This document shows positions 52,354-64,000 of a DNA stretch of 64,000 nucleotides, one piece after another. Origin of the DNA: an uncultured delta proteobacterium. Lineage in GTDB: Bacteria; Myxococcota_A; Polyangia; Polyangiales; Polyangiaceae. A model generated the notes under the pieces. The model had not been told where the DNA came from. It did no database searches and worked only from the letters and a program-made list of their open reading frames with translations. A program made the position numbers and the translations under genes. How positions within the stretch are numbered: position 1 is the stretch's first letter; each line of letters begins with the position of its first letter. The stretch lies in contig CAWKKR010000001.1 of the NCBI GenBank assembly GCA_963850305.1, forward strand, positions 128,001-192,000, given 5' to 3'.

Positions 52354-53420
52354 GCGGCGCTCGGAGGCGCGTAAAAGTCCACCAGGCGGATGGTCGTCGG
52401 GGAAAGGACGGCACGGACGGTCGCGCGCTCCCCCCTCGCGTCGCCGCCTATCTGAAAGGGCGTGGGTGGGTCGAACTCGAACGTGACGGCCTCGACGAGG
52501 TAATCGAAAATCTGAGTCGCATTCTCGTACTCGCCCTTCCAGATGCCCCGGAAATTCGTGACGAACGGGATTGGCGTGATCGTGGAGATGCGCAAACTCA
52601 TGCGATCCGGACGCTCCTCAGCGAACGGGAATGCCCGAAAACCGAAGCCGTAATACGGGATCGTCGAGACGGCTGCGATCCGCGCGGGGCCTTCGTAGAT
52701 CGTCTGGCCCCTCGGGATCGGGGGACCGACGATGCTCCCTTTCGGGCCCACCCGAAATGCATCGCCCCCGTCGTTCGAGATGCGGCAGTGGGGCACCTGG
52801 CGAAAAAAATAGCTCGGAATCGAGCGCGTCAAGGCCGCGATGAAATAGCTGAGCGGCCCCGGTGCGACGCGGCGAAGCGCCGTCTTCATCAGCTTCCCTT
52901 TCACGAGCTCGTAGTCCTGAAGGACGACGGCATCCACGCCGAAACCGGCGAACGGCGCGATCAGATTCTCGACCTCGATGAAGCGCACCGGACGACTCCC
53001 GGCGTCCTCGCGCAGGCGCTCGATGTCCGCGGCGAGTCCTCGGCGCTTCGAGCCGCTCGCCCCGACGACCCAGGCGAGCGCGTTGCCCGTACCGAGCTTG
53101 AGAAACCCGAAGCGCGGAATCGGACGGCCCCTTTGCTTGGCCTCGCGGACCACGTCCGTCAAGACCGTGGTGAACGTTCCGTCTCCGCCGCCAGTCAGGA
53201 CCGTGCCATACCCGCGGTTGATGATCGTCCGCGCGAGCTCGGGTCCCTCTTCCAGGCGGCGCGAGACGAACAGATCTCCGCCGAGCAATATCTGATCGAG
53301 CGTCGAGATGACCTCGCTCGTGACGCTGCGCGCGTTCCCGTTCACGACGACCGCGACGCGATCCGCCGAGGGTGGCGCGCTGCGCGAGGTAGGTTCCGCC
53401 GCGTCGATTCGCTCGTCCAT
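52350..53420 (-). CDS. Diacylglycerol/lipid kinase family protein
   Basis: VVVNGNA, GGGDGT, LGTGNALA, G.GVDA, FQIGGD. Confidence 0.88.
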   Translation of the reverse strand: MDERIDAAEPTSRSAPPSADRVAVVVNGNARSVTSEVISTLDQILLGGDLFVSRRLEEGPELARTIINRGYGTVLTGGGDGTFTTVLTDVVREAKQRGRPIPRFGFLKLGTGNALAWVVGASGSKRRGLAADIERLREDAGSRPVRFIEVENLIAPFAGFGVDAVVLQDYELVKGKLMKTALRRVAPGPLSYFIAALTRSIPSYFFRQVPHCRISNDGGDAFRVGPKGSIVGPPIPRGQTIYEGPARIAAVSTIPYYGFGFRAFPFAEERPDRMSLRISTITPIPFVTNFRGIWKGEYENATQIFDYLVEAVTFEFDPPTPFQIGGDARGERATVRAVLSPTTIRLVDFYAPPSAA

Positions 53421-53469
53421 GACGCGTCGACCTTAGCATCCCCCGCAGCCATGGCGGAGCCGCCGCCAC

Positions 53470-55293
<1,824 letters not shown>

Positions 55294-56070
55294 TCACTGG
55301 GTGATGGCCTTGAGGTCGAGCATCTCCTCGACGCTCGGCATCACGATGAGCTCACAACGGCGGTTCTTTTGCCGACCCTCATCGGTATCGTTGCTGGCGA
55401 TCGGATCCGTATCCGCGAATCCAGCGGCGCTCCAGTGCTCGACGGGCAGTCCGCCGCCCTTGTCCGGGTCCACGAGGAACACGAGAACCTCTCGCGCGCG
55501 CATGAGCGAAAGGCCCCAGTTGTCTTTGAACGGACCGTGCGCGAACGGCTTGTTGTCCGTGTGTCCCGACACCTGATAATCCCGCGAAAGGAGCCCGGGG
55601 TCTGCCTTGATGATGTCCGCGACCTTGGCGAGGATGTCCTTGCCGTCCTGCTTCAGGGTCTCCCGTCCAGAGTCGAACAGCACGTCGCCCGGTAGCGAGA
55701 TCACCATGCGGTTGTGGCGGACGTTAACGGCGAGACCGAGCTTCGTGAGCTGATCGAGCTTGCTCCTCAGCTCCTCGAATCGCTTCTTGATGAGCTCCAG
55801 CTGGCGCGCGCGCTCCTGGTACTCCGCGAGAGCCTTCTCCTGATCGGCGAGGCTCGCCTTCGTCGAAGAGACCTCGACCCCCATGTTCTTCAACTGATGG
55901 GTGAGGTCATCGATCTTGGCCTGGGCATCCTGAAGCTTCTGGTTATCGTCCGCCTTCAGGTGGTTGTACTTCGCGAGCTGGGCTTGCCACTCGTCCTCCG
56001 AGTACCCGCAGCCCACGACGCCGATGGCACAGACGGCCAAGACGGCCCGATAGATGTGAACAGAGCGCAT
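55294..56070 (-). CDS. OmpA/MotB-domain coiled-coil lipoprotein
   Basis: VVGC lipobox; VLFDSG, GHTDN, NWGLS..RA, NRRCEL. Confidence 0.88.
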   Translation of the reverse strand: MRSVHIYRAVLAVCAIGVVGCGYSEDEWQAQLAKYNHLKADDNQKLQDAQAKIDDLTHQLKNMGVEVSSTKASLADQEKALAEYQERARQLELIKKRFEELRSKLDQLTKLGLAVNVRHNRMVISLPGDVLFDSGRETLKQDGKDILAKVADIIKADPGLLSRDYQVSGHTDNKPFAHGPFKDNWGLSLMRAREVLVFLVDPDKGGGLPVEHWSAAGFADTDPIASNDTDEGRQKNRRCELIVMPSVEEMLDLKAITQ

Positions 56071-56245
56071 CTCTGCGGAATACTACGAAGAGGGCGCCGA
56101 CGTCGAGAGCTTGCCTCATCAGCGGTGAAGTCCCGCCAGCACGAAGGGGGGCGGCGCCCGGCGGGCACCCCACTTACGCGGAATTTCGGACGCTCCCTAT
56201 CGCGGCGCGTGTCTTCGTTACCTCGGCGCGATCACGTCGGCGGCG

Positions 56246-57763
56246 CTACGAACCCACCTGCGCGAACTCGTCGAACTCGTCGAACTCGTAATCTTCGGTC
56301 GCCAGATTGTCGAAGCGAGTGAACTCGGGCGTGAAGCGGACCTTGATCGTGCCGGTCGGGCCATTTCTCTGCTTCGCGATGATGATTTCCGCAATGCCGC
56401 GGTCGGGGCTTTGCTCGAAATAATATTCGTCGCGATAGATGAACATGATCGTGTCCGCGTCCTGCTCGATGGCGCCGGACTCGCGGAGATCACTGAGCTG
56501 GGGCCGCTTGTCCTTCGTTGTCCTCGTCTCGACCGAGCGGTTCAGCTGGCTCAAGGCCATGACGGGGACGGCCATTTCCTTCGCAAGCTGCTTGAGTCCG
56601 CGCGACAGTTCGCTGATCTCCTGCTCGCGGCTCGCCGCGTCGCGACGGCCCTGCATCAGCTGCAGATAATCCACGACGACAAGCCCCAGGTCTTGCGCCT
56701 CCGGGCCGTCGCCCGTCCTTCGGCTGATCTCCGCCTTGAGCCGGCGAATCTTTGCGCGCAGATCCAGGAGACCCAGCGCCGGAGTGTCGTCGAGCCAGAT
56801 CGGGAGCCTCCCGACCCGCGCTGCCGCGTCCGTGAGCTTGGTCCAGTCTTCGTGACGGATGCTGCCGCTCCGGATACGCGACACATCCACGCGCGACTCC
56901 ACCGCGAGGAGGCGCGACGCGAGCTGTTCCCGCGGCATTTCCAGGGAGAAGAAGCCGACGCCCCACCCCGGCTGCTCGACATTCGCGCCGCCGAGAGGAT
57001 CGTCGGTGTCAGAGGTTCGAACGCGACGGGGTGTCGCAACGTTCACCGCGATGTTCAACACGAATGCCGTCTTCCCCATACCGGGTCGCCCTGCCACGAT
57101 GTACAGGTCGCCCTTGTGGAGTCCGGCGCATTTCCGGTCGAGGCGATCGAAACCGGTAGGCACGCCCGTGATGCCCTCCCCTCGCTTGGACGCGGCGACG
57201 AGGATGTCGAAGGCGCCGTGGATCGCTTCTCGAACGGGGCGAACGGCCGTGGTCTCGGGAACGCGGGCGATGTCGAATATCGCCTGTTCGGCTTGATCGA
57301 TGAACTCCTGCACCTCGCCGACGCTGCCATAACCCTCCGCGCTGAAGCGTTGACACGTCGCGATGAGTTGCCTCACGCGCCACTTCTCCCGGACCACCCG
57401 GGCGTGCGCTTCGACGTGCGCAACCGCAGGAATCGAATCCGTCAATTGCGCGAGGTAGGGCGTCCCTCCAACCTGCGCGAGTCGTTCCCGATCCCTGAGC
57501 CACGTGGCGACGGTGACGACGTCCACGGGGCGCCCGTTCGTCTGCAGATCGACGACGGCTTCGAAGACGCGTCGATTCGCATCCGAGTAGAAATGTTCGG
57601 ACCGGAGCACGTCATTGACTTCGTCGAACGCCTCCCCGGAAAGAAGCACCGCGCTGAGCACGGCCGCCTCGGCATCCAGATCGTGGGGGGGCACGCGCCC
57701 CGGCGAGGGGCGAAGCTCGGGGAGCTCTTGCCGGTCTCTGCGGCTTCGGTCACCGAACGACAT
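56246..57763 (-). CDS. dnaB: Replicative DNA helicase
   Basis: PPHDLDAE, GRPGMGKT, FSLEM, VDYLQL, LSQLNR, DLRESGAIEQDAD, KQRNGP. Confidence 0.97.
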   Translation of the reverse strand: MSFGDRSRRDRQELPELRPSPGRVPPHDLDAEAAVLSAVLLSGEAFDEVNDVLRSEHFYSDANRRVFEAVVDLQTNGRPVDVVTVATWLRDRERLAQVGGTPYLAQLTDSIPAVAHVEAHARVVREKWRVRQLIATCQRFSAEGYGSVGEVQEFIDQAEQAIFDIARVPETTAVRPVREAIHGAFDILVAASKRGEGITGVPTGFDRLDRKCAGLHKGDLYIVAGRPGMGKTAFVLNIAVNVATPRRVRTSDTDDPLGGANVEQPGWGVGFFSLEMPREQLASRLLAVESRVDVSRIRSGSIRHEDWTKLTDAAARVGRLPIWLDDTPALGLLDLRAKIRRLKAEISRRTGDGPEAQDLGLVVVDYLQLMQGRRDAASREQEISELSRGLKQLAKEMAVPVMALSQLNRSVETRTTKDKRPQLSDLRESGAIEQDADTIMFIYRDEYYFEQSPDRGIAEIIIAKQRNGPTGTIKVRFTPEFTRFDNLATEDYEFDEFDEFAQVGS

Positions 57764-57887
57764 TGGAAATCTCTCTCCGTCCGCGATTCTGACCCTGAAG
57801 CGCCGCCGCGTCTCGCTGACCCCTGCCAGGCAATGTCCAGGTTCTCAACGCCACCTCCACGGGTTATCCCCAAGGCCCTAAATGCAC

Positions 57888-57921
57888 CACACCCCGGCGG
57901 CTTGAGGGCCACCGGGGTGTG
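57888..57921 (-). terminator. GC-rich stem-loop downstream of rplI (possible terminator or processing site)
   Basis: Minus strand CACACCCCGGTGGC-CCTCAA-GCCGCCGGGGTGTG, 14-bp stem with one G-U pair; only a weak U tract follows. Confidence 0.6.
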
Positions 57922-57959
57922 AAGCACGAACTTTCTCACTTCCGCTGCACGGCTGTCAA

Positions 57960-58418
57960 TCAGGTTCCCTTCACGACCTCCACGCGCAACTTGGCGCTGA
58001 CGTCGTGATGCAACTTGATGACCACCTCGGTCAACCCGAGCGACTTGATCGGATCGGTCAGCTGTATCTTCTTCCGGTCCAGCTCGATCCCGATCGCGCG
58101 GAAGGCCTCCTCGACGTCCTTCGCGGTGACGGAGCCGTACATCTTGTTTTCCTCGCCGACGGCACGAGCGATCTTCACCGAGAGGCTCTCCAGCTTCTTC
58201 GCGGTTTCCCGGGCCTGCGAGAGCTCCTTGGCGACCTTCGCGAGCGCCTGACGCCGAATATCTTCTATGCGCGCGACGTTCCCGGCCGTCGCGGGCATCG
58301 CGAAGCCACGCGGGATGAGAAAGTTGCGGGCATACCCGGGTCGGACACGCACCAGGTCGCCACTCTTGCCGAGGTTCTGAACGTCCTCCTGGAGAACGAC
58401 GTGAATCGTGACTGCCAT
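57960..58418 (-). CDS. rplI: 50S ribosomal protein L9
   Basis: LGKSGD.V.V.PGYARNFLIP, KMYGSVT. Confidence 0.97.
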   Translation of the reverse strand: MAVTIHVVLQEDVQNLGKSGDLVRVRPGYARNFLIPRGFAMPATAGNVARIEDIRRQALAKVAKELSQARETAKKLESLSVKIARAVGEENKMYGSVTAKDVEEAFRAIGIELDRKKIQLTDPIKSLGLTEVVIKLHHDVSAKLRVEVVKGT

Positions 58419-58428
58419 TTTTGACTCC

Positions 58429-58713
58429 TCAGTCGTTCATGGTGAAAGACAGGAGGGCGATGTTGCGCGCTCGCTTGATCGCGAGCATCAGCTCGCGCTG
58501 GTGCTTGGCGCACGCGCCCGAGATGCGACGCGGAACGACCTTGCCGCGCTCCGTGACGAAGTATTTCAAGGACTGCGGGTCCTTGTAGTCGATGTCGGTC
58601 GACGTTCCCGGAGCTTCGCTCCCGCAGAACGGGCAACCTCGGCGACGGCCGCGTCGGGGCGGCGGGACCGAGTCCGGGTTTCCCGGCTTCTCCATCGATA
58701 TTTCGCGTTTCAT
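58429..58713 (-). CDS. rpsR: 30S ribosomal protein S18 (Zn-binding type)
   Basis: CPFC..IDYKD..TERGK..PRRISG.CAKHQR..AIKRAR. Confidence 0.97.
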   Translation of the reverse strand: MKREISMEKPGNPDSVPPPRRGRRRGCPFCGSEAPGTSTDIDYKDPQSLKYFVTERGKVVPRRISGACAKHQRELMLAIKRARNIALLSFTMND

Positions 58714-59258
58714 TCGTCGTCCTCCCCGCCCATGTCATTGGCCGCGGCGACTTCTTCTTCCCCGGCCTCGTCACCGTCGTCGGCGTACGGATCGCGGCGC
58801 GGATGGTCGTGGTCACGATCGTGACGCTCTTCGAGACCGAGTTCACGAGCCCGCGTCTCGTCCACTTCCGTCTCTTCCGACGGCTCGATGTACTCGAACT
58901 TGACGTCCTCGGCGGCGACGACGACGGCGTCTCTCTGCACCTCGTCACGAACCTTGACGGTTTGGTACTTCACGACGTCGTCGAGCATGCGGAGATTTCG
59001 CTCGACCTCGGAGACGAGGCCGCCGCGGCCGATGTATTTGAGATAGACATACACGCCGCGCTTCTGCTTCCGAACGGGGTAGGCAAGCTTGCGCCGCCCC
59101 CAGTTCTCGATCCGCGTGAGCTTTCCGCCCTCGCGCGCGACGATATCGGTGAGACGCGTCGAGATGCCTTCGGAGCTCTCGCGCGTCACTTCCGGACGCA
59201 TGATGAAGATGGTCTCGTATTCGCGGTCCCTGAGGACCGCGCTTCGTAGCTCTGACAT
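58710..59258 (-). CDS. rpsF: 30S ribosomal protein S6 with long acidic tail
   Basis: [28 protein letters not shown]. Confidence 0.96.
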   Translation of the reverse strand: MSELRSAVLRDREYETIFIMRPEVTRESSEGISTRLTDIVAREGGKLTRIENWGRRKLAYPVRKQKRGVYVYLKYIGRGGLVSEVERNLRMLDDVVKYQTVKVRDEVQRDAVVVAAEDVKFEYIEPSEETEVDETRARELGLEERHDRDHDHPRRDPYADDGDEAGEEEVAAANDMGGEDDE

Positions 59259-59307
59259 GGTTCTCCTTCCGGACGTTTGGCCCCCGAACGATGTCGGGAG
59301 CAAGGAG

Positions 59308-59880
59308 TCAGCTCGCGCGCCGATTGGTCACGTTCATTGCGTGTTCGAGACCGTGCTCGGCGATGAGTACCACCGCTTCCCGGGCCCGATCGACGATCTC
59401 GCCGAGGAGGGGCCGTTCTGCAGGGGCGAAGCCTTCTAGCACGAAATCTGCGCCGTCACCCTGAAACCCGGGGGGCGGTTTCCCCACACCGATACGAAGC
59501 CGCACGTACTCCTTCGTGCCGAGGTGCTGACTCACGGATTTCAGCCCATTGTGGCCCGCTTCGCCGCCTCCCCTTTTGAGACGGAGGGTTCCGAAGCCGA
59601 GGTCGAGCTCATCGTGCACCACGACGATGTCAGCGGCCTCGATCTTGTAAAACGCCGCCGCGGCAGCAACGCTTCGCCCGGACTCGTTCATGTAAGTAGT
59701 TGGCTTCAGGGCGAGAGCCCGACGGCCCCCGATGTCAACGTCGGCGAGGTTGCCGAAGAATTTCTCCCGCCACACGGGTCGCGCGGCTTCGGCAAGCCGG
59801 TCGATCACCGCGAACCCGACGTTGTGCCGCGTCTCTGAGTACCGCGCGCCGGGGTTCCCGAGACCCACGACGAGAATCAC
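59308..59880 (-). CDS. pth: Peptidyl-tRNA hydrolase
   Basis: VGLGNPG, TRHNVGF, KPTTYMNESG, HDELD, GHNGLKS. Confidence 0.97.
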   Translation of the reverse strand: MILVVGLGNPGARYSETRHNVGFAVIDRLAEAARPVWREKFFGNLADVDIGGRRALALKPTTYMNESGRSVAAAAAFYKIEAADIVVVHDELDLGFGTLRLKRGGGEAGHNGLKSVSQHLGTKEYVRLRIGVGKPPPGFQGDGADFVLEGFAPAERPLLGEIVDRAREAVVLIAEHGLEHAMNVTNRRAS

Positions 59881-60611
59881 TTGCTCGGCTTCGCGCCACC
59901 CTTGGCGGGAGCCGCTGCCCCGGGCTTCGCACCCGGTGCGGCGGCAGGAGCCGCAGCACCACCGGCCGCGGGTGCGGCTGCGGCGCCACCTGCGGCTGCA
60001 GCACCCGGAGCCCCAGCAGCAGCCGCCGCAGCGACCTCGGCCTCGTCGGGCTGCTTCTTCTCCATCACCACCGCGAGTACCGTCTGCTCCGGCGGAAGGC
60101 GAACCGCCACGCCGGGTGGCAGGTTGAGATCCCGCGTCGCGACGGCCTGGTCCAGCTCGAGCTCGGTCACATCATGAACAATCTTGGCCGGCACGGCGGC
60201 GGGCAAGCACCGGACGGGAAGCTTCCGGTAAACGTGCCGGAGAACACCGCCCGCCACGACACCTTTCGCCTTTCCCGTCGTCTCGAAGGGGATTTCGAGA
60301 TCGATGGGCTCGTCTTCTTGAATTTCGAAGAAGTCCGCGTGGAGGAGCGAGCGCGTGACCGGGTGGTACTGGAAGTCGGCGAGGAGCACCGTGGTCTTCT
60401 TCTGGCCCTCGATGTCGAGCTCGATGACCGTGTTCCGGCCGTACTCGGTCCCGAGAATCGCCACGATGTCTTTCGGCGAGACGGCGAGTGGCGTGGCGGC
60501 CAGCTTGGGACCGTACGCAATGGCCGGAATACGCCCGCTCGCGCGAAGACGCCGGATGGCACCTTTCCCGGAGTCCGGTCTCGATTGAGCTGAGAGTTTG
60601 ATCGTCTGCAT
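59877..60611 (-). CDS. rplY: 50S ribosomal protein L25/Ctc
   Basis: RRLR..G.IPA..YG, QYHPV..LLHADF; Ala/Gly/Pro tail. Confidence 0.95.
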   Translation of the reverse strand: MQTIKLSAQSRPDSGKGAIRRLRASGRIPAIAYGPKLAATPLAVSPKDIVAILGTEYGRNTVIELDIEGQKKTTVLLADFQYHPVTRSLLHADFFEIQEDEPIDLEIPFETTGKAKGVVAGGVLRHVYRKLPVRCLPAAVPAKIVHDVTELELDQAVATRDLNLPPGVAVRLPPEQTVLAVVMEKKQPDEAEVAAAAAAGAPGAAAAGGAAAAPAAGGAAAPAAAPGAKPGAAAPAKGGAKPSK

Positions 60612-60645
60612 GGTTCGTTCCGTTTCTAGGTCGCTGAAGTCGTCA

Positions 60646-61593
60646 TCAGACGAAGAGCGAGCTCACCGAGTCATTCTTGTGGATGCGCCGGATGGCCTCA
60701 CCGAGCAAGCTTGCCACGGAAAGGTACCGGATCTTCGGTACCGCTTTCACGGCTGCGCTCGGAGGGATGGAGTTACTCACGACGACCTCTTCGAGAGGTG
60801 ACGCGGCAATGCGCTCGGCGGCCGGACCACTCAGGACACCGTGCGACGCGACCGCGACGACGCGACGAGCCCCTTCTCGCATCACGGCCTGAGCGGCATT
60901 GCAGAGCGTGCCGGCCGTGTCGATCATGTCGTCCACGATGATGCAGTCTCGGCCCTTCACGTCGCCGATGAGATGCATCACCTCGCTGACGTTCGCGCGC
61001 TCCCGTCTCTTGTCGATGATCGCGAGCGAGGCCCCGAGCCTCTTTGCAAATGCGCGCGTGCGTTCGACCCCGCCGGCATCGGGCGACACGAACACGGCTG
61101 ACTGATCGAACTTGGGCTTCAGATAGTCGTTCAAGAAGACGGGGAGGGAGAACAGATGGTCGAAGGGAATGTTGAAGAATCCCTGAATCTGGCCCGCGTG
61201 TAGATCGAGACAGAGCACGCGACTCACGCCCGCCGCGACCAGCAGGTCGGCCACGAGCTTCGAGGTGATGGGAGTGCGGGGAGCAACCTTGCGGTCCTGA
61301 CGGGCATAGCCGTAATATGGAAGGACCGCCGTGATGGCTCCCGCCGACGCGCGCCGGAGCGCGTCGCACATGATGAGGAGCTCCATCAGATGATCATTTA
61401 CAGGCGAGCACGTCGGCTGAATGACAAAGACTTCGCGACCGCGTACGTTGTCTTCGATCTGGAAGAACGACTCCCCGTCGCTGAACCTCGAGAACCGGCA
61501 TTGCGACAGCGGAGTCCCGAGAACTCGAGCAATCTCTTCGGAAAGAACGGGATTCGCCGTTCCCGAAAGAAGACACAGGTTACCCTCCGACAC
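60646..61593 (-). CDS. prs: Ribose-phosphate pyrophosphokinase
   Basis: [42 protein letters not shown]. Confidence 0.98.
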   Translation of the reverse strand: MSEGNLCLLSGTANPVLSEEIARVLGTPLSQCRFSRFSDGESFFQIEDNVRGREVFVIQPTCSPVNDHLMELLIMCDALRRASAGAITAVLPYYGYARQDRKVAPRTPITSKLVADLLVAAGVSRVLCLDLHAGQIQGFFNIPFDHLFSLPVFLNDYLKPKFDQSAVFVSPDAGGVERTRAFAKRLGASLAIIDKRRERANVSEVMHLIGDVKGRDCIIVDDMIDTAGTLCNAAQAVMREGARRVVAVASHGVLSGPAAERIAASPLEEVVVSNSIPPSAAVKAVPKIRYLSVASLLGEAIRRIHKNDSVSSLFV

Positions 61594-61736
61594 CGGTCTC
61601 TCCCGTCCGATCGAGTCGACACAAGTACCTGAAACTAATAGAGAATACGGACACGATTCGGACCTCGAAGGGAGCGATACCTAGCAGCTGCACCCGGAGC
61701 CGTCAACGCCCGCCCGGATCCGCGTCGGAAAACGGA

Positions 61737-63338
61737 CTAGCGATATGGACTCGATAGATCGATGTCGGCGCCGGGATCCTCGGCTTTGGGGGCACTCGGA
61801 TGAAAACCTTGAGCGCCCGCAGCCCTGGACGCGGGGGTTGCGGCAACCTCTCTGCGCGCCGGGCCGACGCGGGCCACCGAGCGCGGCGAGGCCTCGCCCC
61901 GGACCCGTTCAGCGTGCTCGGATGGATTCGCAAGCCCCCTGACGACCGCTTGGTGCGGATCCGCTGGCGCCGCCGTGGCAACCTCCGCGGCGGATGGTGG
62001 CACCGTGACTGGCGGCGCCGACGGGGGAACCACCGTTTCCGCCGGACGCGGCGCGAGGGTGGCAATATTCGGGGAAGGCGCCGTCGACGGAACGGGTTCG
62101 CGCCGCTCGATCAGCATCACCACGATGCCGACGAGCAAGAAGCCACCGATCGCCGCTCCGGCAATAATGAGCGGAACCCTGGAGCGACCGCCCGTTTCAA
62201 CCAGCGGCGCGCCTAGGGGCGCTGCGATCATTCCGGACTGTTCGGGTGTCCCGAGCGGAGACATGCCCGAAATCGGGGGAGGCACCGTCGCGAGCGAGAG
62301 CTCCGCAGCATCGGGCGGCGACGCCTGGCTCGGCTCGCTCCGTGCAAGCCACGCGCGCACCGCTTCGCGCTGTTGTTCGATGTCCTGACCGATGACTTGC
62401 GTGACGTACCCCGCGACGTCGCGCGTGCTCGCTAGCTGTCCCGCAGCTCGCGCGGCCTCCTCGAAATCGTCCGCAAACGCCTCACAGGTCGAATACCGCG
62501 TCGCACGATCGCGTTCGAGCGCTCGCATGACGATGGCGGCGATCTTCGGATCGAGGGCTGGATTCACGTCCAGAATATTGGGAATGGGTTCCGAGATGAC
62601 CCGGGCGAGTGTCGCTGCTTCGTTTTCGGCCTTGAAGAGCCTGCGCGCGGCGAGCACCTCCCACAGGACGATGCCGGCCGAAAACACGTCCGCACGGCGG
62701 TCCACCGTGGGGTCGCCCACGGCTTGCTCCGGCGCCATGTACGCGATCTTGCCCTTCAGCTGCCCCGCGCGCGTCGCCGAGAGCCGGCTTGCTGCACGCG
62801 CAACGCCGAAGTCCGTGATCCGCGTGTTGCCATCGATGCCGACGAGGATGTTCTGGGGCGATACGTCCCGGTGAACGAGTTCGGTCGGCTGACCGCGCTC
62901 GTCCCTGAGCTCATGCGCGGAGTGCAGACCACGGAGCATATCGATGATGATGCGACTCCCCATCGTTGCAGGCAGCCGCTCGCCGGAGGTCGCCGCGCGC
63001 GCGAGCAGGCGCGCGAGCGTATCGCCCTCGATGTACTCCATCACGAGGTAGTAGCCACGCTCACTCGCCCCGACTTCTAGGATCGGCACGACATGAGGGT
63101 CGTGTATCCCGGCGGCGAGCCGTGCCTCGTCCAGAAACATCTCGACGAACTCTTGCTCTTTCGCAAGGTGCGGATGAAGGCGCTTGATCGCCACGAAGCG
63201 ACGGAAGCCGCCGACGCCGGACAGGTTGGCGAGATAAACGGTCGCCATGCCGCCGCTCGCGATCTCGGCCACGAGATCGTAGCGGCCGATGCGCTGGGGC
63301 CCGTCGTGACTGACGTCGATCAGTTTCGGCGCTGCCAC
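61737..63338 (-). CDS. Transmembrane Hanks-type Ser/Thr kinase
   Basis: SGGMA, AIK, HRDVSPQN, DFG, YMAPE; TM helix; Pro-rich tail. Confidence 0.95.
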   Translation of the reverse strand: MAAPKLIDVSHDGPQRIGRYDLVAEIASGGMATVYLANLSGVGGFRRFVAIKRLHPHLAKEQEFVEMFLDEARLAAGIHDPHVVPILEVGASERGYYLVMEYIEGDTLARLLARAATSGERLPATMGSRIIIDMLRGLHSAHELRDERGQPTELVHRDVSPQNILVGIDGNTRITDFGVARAASRLSATRAGQLKGKIAYMAPEQAVGDPTVDRRADVFSAGIVLWEVLAARRLFKAENEAATLARVISEPIPNILDVNPALDPKIAAIVMRALERDRATRYSTCEAFADDFEEAARAAGQLASTRDVAGYVTQVIGQDIEQQREAVRAWLARSEPSQASPPDAAELSLATVPPPISGMSPLGTPEQSGMIAAPLGAPLVETGGRSRVPLIIAGAAIGGFLLVGIVVMLIERREPVPSTAPSPNIATLAPRPAETVVPPSAPPVTVPPSAAEVATAAPADPHQAVVRGLANPSEHAERVRGEASPRSVARVGPARREVAATPASRAAGAQGFHPSAPKAEDPGADIDLSSPYR

Positions 63339-63342
63339 TTGC

Positions 63343-64000
63343 TCAGAAGCTCCCTATCGCTCCGACGGAAGGGCCGTGGTCGTACGAAACCCACGGCCCG
63401 ATCGATGCTTGCGCGGGCGCCGCCGTTTTCTCGCCGGACCAGTTCGTCAAGAACCCGCCCACCACCACGGTGGCCGCGCCGACCAGACTCGTCGCGCCGA
63501 TGAGGACGTTGGTCCGGAGTTGCTTGCTCCGGCCGTCCTGGTACTCGGAACAGCTCGTCCCTGCGTTGACGCAGTCTCGCTTCACGGCGTCGGCGCCGGG
63601 GTCGTTGACCGTATCGAGGCCGCTCCAGATCGTGATGCCGCCGAGAACGGCGGTCGCGCCTGCACCGATCCAGAAAACGACCGGGGACAGACCGTGCGAC
63701 TCGTCGCGCACCCCCTGGTCCGTCACTGGATTGGCCGTCGGCCCCACGGGCGCGGCTTCCTTCTTCGGAATGGGTGGCGCCGTGAACGACACCGACACGC
63801 TGTCCCCCGCGTTTCCCGTCACCACTTTCGTCGCGACGCGATCGTCGGACCAGGAGGCGCCGATGGTGTGATCGCCCGGCGTGAGGAAGATCATCCGCCG
63901 GAGGGCCGCCGCGCCGTGCACCAGGCGCGTGCCGTCCACGAGGCTACAGGCTTCGGAACAGTCGACGGTGACCTGAAGCCCCTCGCTGCGACCCCGATCC
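63343..64000 (-). CDS. C-terminal part of a PEGA-like, C-terminally membrane-associated protein (5' end outside window)
   Basis: VDG..FLTPGDHTI; hydrophobic hairpins with Cys pair; aromatic C-terminus GAIGSF; directly upstream of the kinase. Confidence 0.7.
   Translation of the reverse strand, partial: DRGRSEGLQVTVDCSEACSLVDGTRLVHGAAALRRMIFLTPGDHTIGASWSDDRVATKVVTGNAGDSVSVSFTAPPIPKKEAAPVGPTANPVTDQGVRDESHGLSPVVFWIGAGATAVLGGITIWSGLDTVNDPGADAVKRDCVNAGTSCSEYQDGRSKQLRTNVLIGATSLVGAATVVVGGFLTNWSGEKTAAPAQASIGPWVSYDHGPSVGAIGSF

Noticed and set aside
56246..57763. Intein in dnaB
   Set aside because: Only short loop insertions; no intein splice motifs; length near normal.

Overview
GC-rich bacterial chromosomal segment. 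Gene content points to Myxococcota, probably Polyangiaceae-like (inferred from Hanks-type Ser/Thr kinases, tandem FHA proteins, TPR pairs, PilZ-like and DUF4388-like/DnaJ proteins). Core genes: serC-serA-DUF1015, purD, ddl, hisZ-purA, obgE, prs-rplY-pth-rpsF-rpsR-rplI-dnaB and tRNA-Leu(CAA). It also has an actinobacterial Sdh1-type succinate dehydrogenase operon and a surface-glycan modification cluster (about 42.4-51.7 kb). Highlights: (1) a full-length bacterial homologue of the eukaryotic protein-histidine methyltransferase METTL9/DREV (19586-20425); (2) a 42-bp palindromic tandem array between ctaA and sodB that may encode a repeat polypeptide; (3) eight frameshifts and one nonsense codon, most at or beside GATC (four read GATTC where GATC restores the frame), suggesting a DNA-modification footprint in long-read data rather than real pseudogenes; (4) a BCP peroxiredoxin with a histone-H1-like Lys/Ser-Pro tail overlapping a Ser/Thr kinase gene. 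All family calls come from motif recognition by eye; no database search was run.
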